From Gammaproteobacteria bacterium (lineage in GTDB: Bacteria; Pseudomonadota; Gammaproteobacteria; Ga0077536): DNA of 64,000 bases. Positions 20,414-28,880 of the stretch are shown here, piece by piece (the stretch's first letter is position 1; every line of letters begins with the position of its first letter). The translations under genes and the position numbers were made by a program. The notes beneath the pieces are model-generated. The model ran no database searches. It saw nothing but the letters and a program-made list of their open reading frames with translations, and was not told the DNA's origin. The stretch covers positions 44,674 through 108,673 of the forward strand of contig JBFXAQ010000013.1 in the NCBI GenBank assembly GCA_050184115.1, in the 5' to 3' direction.

Positions 20414-21499
20414 TCAAGCGGCGATGACGAGACGTTCGCGCGCCTGGCGCAAGGCGGTGACCGTCTCCTCGACCAGGCGACGCAGCACCTCGCCAGCCGG
20501 CAGCACGTCGCGGATCAGGCTCGAACCCTGGCCGGCCGGCAGCGCCTGGTGCTCCTTGAGATCGGCTTCGGCGGCGGCGAAGCGGGTCGGGCTCTGCGCC
20601 ATGCGCTGCAGCGGGTAGGGCAGCATCTCGTCCTCGTGACCCTCCCACACCTCGGTGAAGCGGTTACGGATCTGGCGCACGTAGAGGCCATCGAAGAGCA
20701 GTGAGCGGATGGTCTGGTCGTAGCCGGCGTCGACAATGGACTGCTTGTAGTTGGGGCCCACCGTCGATTCGTTGGTCCCGATGAAACGCGTGCCGAGCCA
20801 CACGCCTTGCGCGCCCTGGGTGAGGAGCCCAGCGATCTGCGCGCCGTTGACGATGCCGCCGGCGGCGATCACCGGGACGGTGGCGAATTCCAGTACTTCG
20901 GCGAGCAGGGTGACGAGGCCGACGTCGCCGGTATGACCGCCACCCTCGGTGCCCTGCACGACGACGATGTCGGCGCCGTTGCGGATGGCCGAGCGCGCAT
21001 GGCGGGCGCTGCCGACCACGCCGATGACCTTGACGCCATGTTCGTGGCAGGCATCGACCGCCCACTTCGGCGTGCCCAGCGCGCAGGCCACGACTTCGAC
21101 CCGGTGGCGGAAGCAGATGTCGAGCTTCTCCTTGGCATCCTCGACGGCCATGGCCTGGTCGTCGACCGGTTTGACCGCTACGCCCAGAGCCTCGATCTCG
21201 AACTGCAACTGCCGGATCGGTCCCGGTACCGCGTCGAGTTTCAGTTCGGCGAGATCCTTCGGCGCGCGCGCCGGGAAGCCGATGTCGACGCAGAGCGGTT
21301 TGTCGGTGTGGCTGCGTACGAGCAGGATCTCCTGCTCGACCCGCTGCGGGGTCGGCGAGATGGCGGCGATGGTGCCGAGCCCGCCGGCCGCGGACACCGC
21401 CGCGGCCAGCGGCCCGAAGGCGACGCCGCCCATACCGGCCTGCAGGATGGGGTAGTCGATGCCGAGCAGATCACAGAGGGGCGTTCTCAAGGTCGTCAT
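20414..21499 (-). CDS. Nitronate monooxygenase (NMO/2-nitropropane dioxygenase-like FMN enzyme)
   Basis: GIDYPILQAGMGGVA N-terminal motif and TIM-barrel FMN pattern. Start at MTTLRTPL after AAGGA. The long upstream extension of the track ORF has no support. Confidence 0.75.
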   Translation of the reverse strand: MTTLRTPLCDLLGIDYPILQAGMGGVAFGPLAAAVSAAGGLGTIAAISPTPQRVEQEILLVRSHTDKPLCVDIGFPARAPKDLAELKLDAVPGPIRQLQFEIEALGVAVKPVDDQAMAVEDAKEKLDICFRHRVEVVACALGTPKWAVDACHEHGVKVIGVVGSARHARSAIRNGADIVVVQGTEGGGHTGDVGLVTLLAEVLEFATVPVIAAGGIVNGAQIAGLLTQGAQGVWLGTRFIGTNESTVGPNYKQSIVDAGYDQTIRSLLFDGLYVRQIRNRFTEVWEGHEDEMLPYPLQRMAQSPTRFAAAEADLKEHQALPAGQGSSLIRDVLPAGEVLRRLVEETVTALRQARERLVIAA

Positions 21500-21728
21500 C
21501 GTCGTGTCCTTGCTCGCGTGATGGGAACCGACGTTACGAGATCGCGATGCCCCGATCACGCGAGTTCTCGCGAGGACGCGCTTCGCCAACCGCGAATCGA
21601 CCCGACGCCGCGGCGCCGGCACACTGTGCGCCCATCGAAGGATGGTCGCACCGTCCGGCGCGGCCAGTGGAAGATCGCGGCGAACGCCGTCCGGCCGTGC
21701 CGCCGGTGAATTGCCCGAGGAGGCCTTG

Positions 21729-22022
21729 ATGACCTGCATGGTTCACATCGAGTTTCGCGCCAGCGCCGAAACCATCGACCAGATGCTCGCCTGGCTGCGC
21801 GAGATCCTGCCGGACACCCGCGCACGTGAAGGCTGCGTCTCGGTCGCGGTGACGCGCAACCAGGACGACCCGACCAACTTCGCCTTCGTCGAGCTGTGGG
21901 AGAGCCGCGCGCACTACGAGCGCTACTTCGCCTGGCGCGAGGAGACCGGTGTGCTGGCGGAGCTCGCCAAGCTGGTCGACGGCGAGGCGAGTTTCCGCTT
22001 CTTCGACATCGTCGGGTTGTAG
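21729..22022 (+). CDS. Antibiotic-biosynthesis-monooxygenase (ABM) domain protein
   Basis: About 97 aa with a ferredoxin-like ABM pattern (MVHIEF...FVELWESRAHYERYFAW). GAGGAGG RBS before the ATG at 21729. Confidence 0.65.
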   Translation: MTCMVHIEFRASAETIDQMLAWLREILPDTRAREGCVSVAVTRNQDDPTNFAFVELWESRAHYERYFAWREETGVLAELAKLVDGEASFRFFDIVGL

Positions 22023-22036
22023 CAGCTGTTCTGCCC

Positions 22037-22783
22037 GTGACGCACGATTTCGCCGGGCAGGTCGCGCTGGTCAACGCGGCGGCGGGCTCGGGGATCGGCG
22101 CGGCCATCGTGCGCGCCTTCCTCGCACGCGGCGCGCGGGTGATGGCGACGGATCTCAGCGCCTCGCGCATCGCGCGCCTGCACGAAGCGTTGTCTGTACA
22201 GTACGACACGTCGCGCTTCGCGACGCGGGTGGCCGATGCCGGCGACGAGGCGAGCGTGGCGGACGCGATCGCGGCGACCGTCGCGACCTTCGGCTGTCTC
22301 GACCTCTTGGTCAACAACGTCGGTTTCAATCGTCTCACCAGCCTGGCCGAGACCGGCCTCGCGGACTGGCGCGCGGTGCTCGACACCTCACTGACCGCCC
22401 ATTTTCTCCACATCAAGCATGCCTGGCCGCACCTGCTCGTGTCTGACGCGGCCAGCGTGGTCAACATCGCTTCGCTCGCGGGCGAGGCGCCGACCGCCAT
22501 GGGCGAGGCGGCCTATGCCGCGGCCAAGGCCGGGGTACTCGGCCTCACCCGGGCCGCTGCCGCCGAGGGCGCACCGCGTATCCGGGTGAACGCAGTGATG
22601 CCGGGTCTGATCTGGAACAAGAACCTGTCGCGCGGCGTGGCCGAGGATTACATCGAGGCCTACCGTTCGCGTTCCCCGCTGGGGCGCGCCGGCACGCCCG
22701 ACGAGGTCGCCGAGGTGGTGATGTTCCTGTGCTCGGCGGCCAGCACGCACGTCAGCGGCAGCGTGGTACGCGTCGCCTGTTGA
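22037..22783 (+). CDS. SDR-family oxidoreductase
   Basis: Glycine-rich AAAGSGIGAAI, NNVG, and catalytic S...Y..AAK (YAAAKAG). GTG start chosen because the only in-frame ATG overlaps the ABM gene by 126 nt. Weak RBS. Confidence 0.7.
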   Translation: MTHDFAGQVALVNAAAGSGIGAAIVRAFLARGARVMATDLSASRIARLHEALSVQYDTSRFATRVADAGDEASVADAIAATVATFGCLDLLVNNVGFNRLTSLAETGLADWRAVLDTSLTAHFLHIKHAWPHLLVSDAASVVNIASLAGEAPTAMGEAAYAAAKAGVLGLTRAAAAEGAPRIRVNAVMPGLIWNKNLSRGVAEDYIEAYRSRSPLGRAGTPDEVAEVVMFLCSAASTHVSGSVVRVAC

Positions 22784-23004
22784 GCCGGCGACGGCGGCGC
22801 GGCAAGCTCGCTCGCGCCGCACCGGACGTCGCTTCGTGGTGACCGCGGTGCGGTCGATCGTGCGGCTCGGCCCATCACCCCGCGCCGCTCGTCAGCAGCG
22901 CCCGGTCGAGTCACCGGCGACAACGACGAACGCGTTGTGGCCACGCCGTACCCATTCGTGCGACGAGTGGGTATCGTGTCCGCCTCGTACCAGGGGAGAA
23001 CACC

Positions 23005-23985
23005 ATGCATCCGCCACGTTTCGGCCTGTTCCTGCTGCCCGACGACGTCAAGATCGCCATCGAAGCCGCGCGCCGCGCCGAGGGTGACGGCTTCTACTCG
23101 GTCTCGGTCAACGACCACTTCTATTCGCCGTTCGGCGGTCCGCGCACACCGCAGCTCGAATGCTTCACCGTGCTGACCGCGATGGCGATGGTCACCGAGC
23201 GGGTCAAGCTCGCGCCGGCCGTGGTAGCGGCATCCTTCCGTACCCCGGCGCTCCTTGCGAAGTGCGCGACCACGCTGGACCACGCCAGTGAAGGGCGGCT
23301 CATTCTCGGTGTTGGCGCCGGCTGGCAGGTCAGCGAGTACGAGGCGCACGGCTACCCGTTCCCACCCGTTGCGCAGCGCGTCGAGGAACTGGCCGAGCAG
23401 ATCCAGGTCCTGAAGGCCCTGTGGACCCAGGATGAACCGGCCTTCGCCGGCAAGTATTTCCAGATGAAGAACGGCGGCAACCTGCCCCTGCCGGTGCAGC
23501 GACCGGGGCCGCCGATCATGCTGGGCGGCTCGGCGCCCTCGATCCTGGCGCTGGCCGCGGCCGAGGCCAGCGTGCTCAACATCATCCCACCGACCTCGAA
23601 CGGCAAGGATTTCCCCAACGACCCGGTCGCCACGCGGCGTTTCGACATGGCCGTGATGAAGAAGAAGATCGCGCGTCTGCACGAGCTCGAGCGCGAACAC
23701 GGCCGCAAGGCCGGCGATATCGAACTCGGCGGCCTCTTGCTGCTCGGCATGTCGCGTGACGAACACGACAGCGGTCTGCGCGAGATGGCGCGCCAGCTCG
23801 GCTTCGACGACTACGAAGCCGCAAGGCGCGCGCCGGTGGCCCTGCTCGGCACGCCGTCGCAGGTGCGCGACACCCTCGAGGAGCGCATTGCCGATACCGG
23901 TGTCACCTACTACATGATGTTCGCCGCCAACGACCAGTCGTGGTCGCTGTTCGCGAAAGAGGTGCTGCCGCACTTCACGAGCTGA
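23005..23985 (+). CDS. LLM-class (luciferase-like) flavin-dependent oxidoreductase
   Basis: TIM-barrel LLM pattern (FGLFLLP..., GRLILGVGAGW). RBS CAGGGGAGAA. Confidence 0.8.
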   Translation: MHPPRFGLFLLPDDVKIAIEAARRAEGDGFYSVSVNDHFYSPFGGPRTPQLECFTVLTAMAMVTERVKLAPAVVAASFRTPALLAKCATTLDHASEGRLILGVGAGWQVSEYEAHGYPFPPVAQRVEELAEQIQVLKALWTQDEPAFAGKYFQMKNGGNLPLPVQRPGPPIMLGGSAPSILALAAAEASVLNIIPPTSNGKDFPNDPVATRRFDMAVMKKKIARLHELEREHGRKAGDIELGGLLLLGMSRDEHDSGLREMARQLGFDDYEAARRAPVALLGTPSQVRDTLEERIADTGVTYYMMFAANDQSWSLFAKEVLPHFTS

Positions 23986-24027
23986 CGCGACGTCGAACAG
24001 GGCGCTGATTCAACCAGGAACGATCCG

Positions 24028-26091
24028 ATGGTCGAGGAATCCCGAAATCCTGGCACGAAGGTCGTTTCCGGTAAGGCCTCGTCGCCGGGTTCGAGCGCGG
24101 CTGGGGCGAGGCGCGAGTCGCGTGGCGACCGTGAAGCTCTCGAAGCCCGCGCGCGCCGCGTGCCGCCGGCAATGAGCTACGAGGACTTGTCCCGTGCCAT
24201 TGCCAAGTCGTTGAACGCCTTCGACGCCGTCGACGAGAACGGCCTGTTCGTCTACGTCAACGAAGCCTACGTGAACCTTTGGGGCTACGACAGTGCCGAC
24301 GAGATCATCGGCACCTCACCGGCGAGTCACTGCGCCGACGCGACAATGCCCGGCCGCATCATCGCCGAAGTCAGCGAAAAGGGTTCCGGAGACTTCTATT
24401 TCGACGCCCTGCGCAAGGACGGTTCGACGTTCAAGTGCCACATGCGGGTGTCCGTCCTGGACCGACCGGATGGAAGCCGCATCTACCACGGTTTCTCGCA
24501 AGACATCACCGAACTCGTCGCCGCCGAAGCCGAGCTCGCGAAGAGCCGCGATCGCCTGAAAGCCGCGGCGTCGGCAGGCGTCATCGGCGTGTGGGACTGG
24601 GACATCCTCGCCAACGATCTCTATTGGGACGACGTCATGTACCGGCTCTACGGCGGGTCCGCGGACGATTACCACTGCGCCTATGACGCCTGGTTCGCGA
24701 CGCTGCACCCGGACGACCAACCCGTCGTGGCTGCCGCGGTCGATGCCGCACTGCGCAAAGGAACGCAGTACGCGTCCGAGTTCCGCATCGTGTTGCCGTC
24801 CGGAGCGATGCGCTACATCCAGGCGAAAGCCCGGGTCGAATGTGACGACGACGGACGTCCGGTGCGCATGATCGGGGTGAACTACGACATCACTGAGCAG
24901 AAGACGGCGAGCGCAGCGGCCGAGGCTGCCAGCCGGGCCAAGAGCCGCTTCCTGGCGACCATGAGTCACGAGCTGCGCACGCCGATGAACGGTGTGCTCG
25001 GCATGGCGCACCTGTTGCGGCGCGGTGCGACCGAGCAGCAACTGCGGCGGCTCGATACGCTGGAAGCGTCGGGTCGGCACATGGTCGCCCTGATCAATGA
25101 CATCCTCGACCTCGCGAAGATCGATGAAGATCGGTTGCAGCTACACGAGACCGCGGTCGACGTCCGTGAAGTGGTGCAGGAGGCCATCCAGGGGGTAAGC
25201 GAAGAGGCGAGGGCGAAAGGCCTGGCCTTGCGCGTCGAGCTGCCGGAGCAGCTGCCACCAGTCCGGGTCGACGCGACGCGACTTCGCCAGGGGCTGTTCA
25301 ACTACCTGTCCAACGCGGTCAAGTTCACCGAGAGCGGGAGCATCGTCGCGAGGGTGACGTGCGAGATTCTCGCCAACGGTGACCGCAGGCTGCGCTTCGA
25401 GGTGGAAGATACCGGTTGCGGTATCAGCCTGGACGATCAAGGCCGGCTGTTTCAACGCTTTCAGCAAATCGACGATTCCGCGACGCGGATGTTCGGGGGT
25501 AGCGGCCTCGGCCTCGCCATCACCCGCGAGCTCGCGAGACTGATGGGCGGCGACGTCGGGGTGGAGAGCACGCCGGGTGTCGGCTCGATGTTCTGGTTCA
25601 CCGTGGTTGCGCAGCCAGCTGCGCAGTCGTCGTTGCCTGCGGAGCAGTCGATCAGCGATGCGGAAGAACGCTTGCGTGCCCTTCATGCGGGGCGGCGCAT
25701 CCTCGTCGCCGAGGACGATCCCATCAACCAGAAGCTCATTGAGGAGCTGCTCGCGGTGGCGAACCTCGAGGTCGACATCGTCGAGAACGGGCAGGCAGCC
25801 CTCGACAGGGTGGCCAAGGATTCCTACGACCTGGTCCTGATGGACATGTTGATGCCCGGGATGGGCGGCCTCGAGGCGGCGCGACGAATCCGCGCGCTGC
25901 CCGACATGGACAGCCTGCCGATCATCGCCTTCACCGCGAACGTACTGCCCGAACAGCGTTCCCGCTATCTCGCCGAAGGCGTGAACGACGTGCTGGAAAA
26001 GCCGGTCGATGTCGCGGCGCTGTACGCGACGATCAGGTATTGGTTGGATGCCGGGAAAGACCGGGCCGGGACGAGTTCCAGCGTCCGATGA
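24028..26091 (+). CDS. Hybrid sensor histidine kinase/response regulator with PAS domains
   Basis: Two PAS-like segments. HisKA SHELRTPMNGVLGMAHLL. HATPase_c (DTGCGISLDDQ, GGSGLGLAI). C-terminal receiver (ILVAEDDPINQ...DLVLMDMLMPGMGG). Confidence 0.85.
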   Translation: MVEESRNPGTKVVSGKASSPGSSAAGARRESRGDREALEARARRVPPAMSYEDLSRAIAKSLNAFDAVDENGLFVYVNEAYVNLWGYDSADEIIGTSPASHCADATMPGRIIAEVSEKGSGDFYFDALRKDGSTFKCHMRVSVLDRPDGSRIYHGFSQDITELVAAEAELAKSRDRLKAAASAGVIGVWDWDILANDLYWDDVMYRLYGGSADDYHCAYDAWFATLHPDDQPVVAAAVDAALRKGTQYASEFRIVLPSGAMRYIQAKARVECDDDGRPVRMIGVNYDITEQKTASAAAEAASRAKSRFLATMSHELRTPMNGVLGMAHLLRRGATEQQLRRLDTLEASGRHMVALINDILDLAKIDEDRLQLHETAVDVREVVQEAIQGVSEEARAKGLALRVELPEQLPPVRVDATRLRQGLFNYLSNAVKFTESGSIVARVTCEILANGDRRLRFEVEDTGCGISLDDQGRLFQRFQQIDDSATRMFGGSGLGLAITRELARLMGGDVGVESTPGVGSMFWFTVVAQPAAQSSLPAEQSISDAEERLRALHAGRRILVAEDDPINQKLIEELLAVANLEVDIVENGQAALDRVAKDSYDLVLMDMLMPGMGGLEAARRIRALPDMDSLPIIAFTANVLPEQRSRYLAEGVNDVLEKPVDVAALYATIRYWLDAGKDRAGTSSSVR

Positions 26092-26122
26092 GCGGGCATC
26101 AGGCCGTCCCTCGTCCAGCCCC

Positions 26123-27739
26123 TCAGGCCACCTCGAACTCCCGGTACCCGCCGGCCTTGATGTCGTCACAACGCTGCCGGTAGACGTCGACGCCGCCGGC
26201 ATAGGCCAGCAGGCTGCGGCGCTTGCCAGCGATGTTCGAGCCCATGTACCAGGAGTTGGCCTTGGAGACGAGGATGGCGTTGGCCACTTCTTCGTGGTGG
26301 GCGACCCATTCGGCTTCGGCCTTGGCCGTCGGTTCGATCGAGTGACCCTGGCGGTCACGTACGAACTCGATGCAGTCGGTGATCCAGTCGAGCTGCTGCT
26401 GGATGCAGGTCGGCACGTTGCAGAAGGCCGCGGCCGGCGACAGCGGTGCGCCGCACAGGAACATGTTCGGGAAGCCGTGCACCTGCAGGCCGAGCAGCGC
26501 GCGTACGCCGTCGGCCCAGGCATCGCGCAGGAGGACGCCGTCACGCCCGCGGATGTCGATGTGGGTCAGTGCACCGGTACCGGCGTCGAAGCCGGTGGCA
26601 TAAATCAGCATGTCCAGATCGTGCTCGCCGGCGGTGGTCCTGACCCCGCGCGGTGTGATGCACTCGACAGGGGTTTCGCGTAGGTCGACCAGGTCGACAT
26701 TGTCACGGTTGTAGGCTTCGTAGTAGCCCATTTCGAGCGGTACCCGGCGCGTGCCGAAGCCATAGCTGGTCGGTACGAGCTTCTCGGCCAGCTTCGGATC
26801 CTTGATCCGCGCGCGGATTTTCTCGCGCGCGAACTCGGAGAACTCCGCGCTGGCGCGTTCGTCGGTGAAGACGTCACGGAACGAGCCCACCCAGTAGGCC
26901 AGCGAGCCGTCCTCCCACAGTTCCTCCATGCGCTGGCGCCGTGCGGCTGCGTCCAGTTCGAAGAAGCTGCGCGCGTCGAAATCGAACTCGGCGCCGGAGA
27001 AGGTCTGGTGTACGCGCGCCTTGAGATCGCGGTAACGCGCGCGCTGCGCGGCACGCCCGGCATCGTCGTACTTCGGGTTCTTCATCGGGATGGTGTAGGT
27101 CGGCGTGCGCTGGAACACCGTCAGGTGACCGACTTCGGCGGCGATGGTCTGGACGACCTGGATGCCGGTCGCGCCGGTGCCGAAGAGCCCGACCCGCTTG
27201 TTGGCGAACGTGACCGGTTCCTTCGGCCAGCGCGCGGTGTGGTGCCACTCGCCGGCGAAGCTGTCGATGCCGGGATAGTCGGGCAGGACCGGTTCGGTCA
27301 GGGGCCCCGAACACATGACGAGGAAGCGTGCGCCCAACTGTTCGCCGGCCTCGGTGGTCACGGTCCAGTGGTCGCCCGAGGCATCGAGGTCTGCCGCCAC
27401 CACGCGGGTCTTGAACTGGATGTCGCGGCGCAGAGCGAACTTGTCGGCGACGAAATTCAGGTAGCGTTCGGTTTCCTCCTGTGCGGCGAAGCGCTCGCTC
27501 CAGTTCCATTCGTCGAGCAGTTCGTCGGAGAACCAGTACTGGTAGACGTCGGTGGTCGAGTCGGTGCGGGCACCGGGGTAGCGGTTCCAGTACCAGGTGC
27601 CGCCGACGTTCTCCGCCCGGTCCAGTACGCGGACGCGCAGGCCGCGTTCGCGCAGTTGGTAGAGCGCGTACAGCCCGCTGAATCCCGCCCCGATCACGAT
27701 CGCGTCGAATTCGCGATCCGTCCCTTGTACGTCGCCCAT
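26123..27739 (-). CDS. Baeyer-Villiger monooxygenase (type I, FAD/NADPH, cyclohexanone-monooxygenase-like)
   Basis: Rossmann GAGFSG. BVMO fingerprint FAGEWHHTARW (FxGxxxHxxxW). Second nucleotide-binding GTGATG. RBS GGAGGAGG. Confidence 0.9.
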   Translation of the reverse strand: MGDVQGTDREFDAIVIGAGFSGLYALYQLRERGLRVRVLDRAENVGGTWYWNRYPGARTDSTTDVYQYWFSDELLDEWNWSERFAAQEETERYLNFVADKFALRRDIQFKTRVVAADLDASGDHWTVTTEAGEQLGARFLVMCSGPLTEPVLPDYPGIDSFAGEWHHTARWPKEPVTFANKRVGLFGTGATGIQVVQTIAAEVGHLTVFQRTPTYTIPMKNPKYDDAGRAAQRARYRDLKARVHQTFSGAEFDFDARSFFELDAAARRQRMEELWEDGSLAYWVGSFRDVFTDERASAEFSEFAREKIRARIKDPKLAEKLVPTSYGFGTRRVPLEMGYYEAYNRDNVDLVDLRETPVECITPRGVRTTAGEHDLDMLIYATGFDAGTGALTHIDIRGRDGVLLRDAWADGVRALLGLQVHGFPNMFLCGAPLSPAAAFCNVPTCIQQQLDWITDCIEFVRDRQGHSIEPTAKAEAEWVAHHEEVANAILVSKANSWYMGSNIAGKRRSLLAYAGGVDVYRQRCDDIKAGGYREFEVA

Positions 27740-27801
27740 CGAATGAACCTCCTCCGGTTGAGTCGCTACCTGCGCAGTGCTTCGCGCTTGACGTTGCGTA
27801 A

Positions 27802-27823
27802 TAAGAATATAAGGATATTCTTA
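27802..27823. promoter_or_regulatory. Perfect 9-4-9 inverted repeat TAAGAATAT-aagg-ATATTCTTA in the divergent BVMO / ArsR-rhodanese promoter region
   Basis: Seen directly. Lies in the only AT-rich stretch of this intergenic region. A likely operator of the adjacent ArsR-type regulator. Confidence 0.45.
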
Positions 27824-27929
27824 AGTTCTTAAGGCAGAGTCAATTGCATCCGTCAGCTGATCGCTGCTGTGCAAGTGGCTCTGAGCAGAAGCCTGGCAGG
27901 GCATTCCTGTCGCAAGACGGAGGATCGGC

Positions 27930-28607
27930 ATGAAGAAACTCGACCGCAGCCTGACCGAATCCATCTTCGAGCAACTGGCGCGGATCGGTAAGGCCGTGGC
28001 GAGTCCCAAGCGCCTGGAGGTGCTGTACCTGTTGAGCCAGGCGCCGCGCACGGTCGATGTCCTGGCCGAGGCCACCCACACCAGCCAGGCCGGCATGTCG
28101 CAGCACCTGCGCGCGTTGCGCGAGGCCAACCTGATCGTCGGCGAGCGCGACGGCAACTTCATGCGTTACCGCATCGCCGACGAGCGCGTGGCGGAGTTCT
28201 ACCGCACCCTGGGTCTGCTGGCCGTGACCCACCTCGCCGATCTCGATCGCATCACGGGCGCCTATTTCACCGGCCAGGAAGCCGTCGAGCCGGTCGATCG
28301 CGAACAGCTGCTCGAGCGTGTGCGCAACGACGAGGCCACCATCATCGACGTGCGGCCGCACGTCGAGTACCAGAACGGTCACATCGAGGGCGCGGTATCG
28401 ATGCCGCTCGACGATCTCGAAGCGCGCCTGGCGGAACTGCCGCGGGACCAGGAGATCGTCGCCTACTGCCGGGGCCCTTACTGCGTGTGGTCCGGCCAGG
28501 CGGTGGCGTACCTGCTCGAACAGGGCTTCCGTGCCAGGCATCTCAGGGACGGCGTACTCGATTGGCGTGCGCATGGTCTGCCGGTGTCCGAGGAGGCCCG
28601 GCACTAG
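27930..28607 (+). CDS. ArsR/SmtB-family transcriptional regulator fused to a C-terminal rhodanese domain
   Basis: The N-terminal HTH_20 region (LARIGKAVASPKRLEVLYLLSQAPRTVDVLAEATHTSQAGMSQHLRALREANLI) and the C-terminal rhodanese region (TIIDVRPHVEYQNGHIEGAVSMP...IVAYCRGPYCVWS) with its active-site Cys loop are both recognisable. Confidence 0.85.
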   Translation: MKKLDRSLTESIFEQLARIGKAVASPKRLEVLYLLSQAPRTVDVLAEATHTSQAGMSQHLRALREANLIVGERDGNFMRYRIADERVAEFYRTLGLLAVTHLADLDRITGAYFTGQEAVEPVDREQLLERVRNDEATIIDVRPHVEYQNGHIEGAVSMPLDDLEARLAELPRDQEIVAYCRGPYCVWSGQAVAYLLEQGFRARHLRDGVLDWRAHGLPVSEEARH

Positions 28608-28608
28608 T

Positions 28609-28763
28609 GGGCTGTCCCGCAATCAACTTGCAATTCTCGCTGGTCCTTTTGCCGCGATACGTCGTTGCTCGTCGCTCACACGCCGAGCATGTCATCCGCT
28701 CCTCGCGCCTTGTTTCGCGACAAAGGTCCTGCGCGATTTATCGAACTTGATTGCGGGACAGCA
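28609..28763. repeat. About 155-bp element bounded by perfect 16-bp terminal inverted repeats GCTGTCCCGCAATCAA / TTGATTGCGGGACAGC (repeat family C, copy 1)
   Basis: TIRs at 28612-28627 and 28746-28761. The internal sequence is about 75 % identical to the element at 62879-63022. Confidence 0.6.
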
Positions 28764-28880
28764 CACAAGCGCGCGGAACGATTTCTACGGCGACGGGGTC
28801 GTGCCAACGGGCGCGGCCGCGTCGGAATTCTTGCCGGCCACACCCATCGATGGCCGGCTGCTCAAGGGGAGAACAGTGCA

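Noticed and set aside
22950-22972. ACCCATTCGtgcgaCGAgTGGGT inverted repeat upstream of the LLM oxidoreductase
   Set aside because: One mismatch and no second copy. Insufficient to call an operator.
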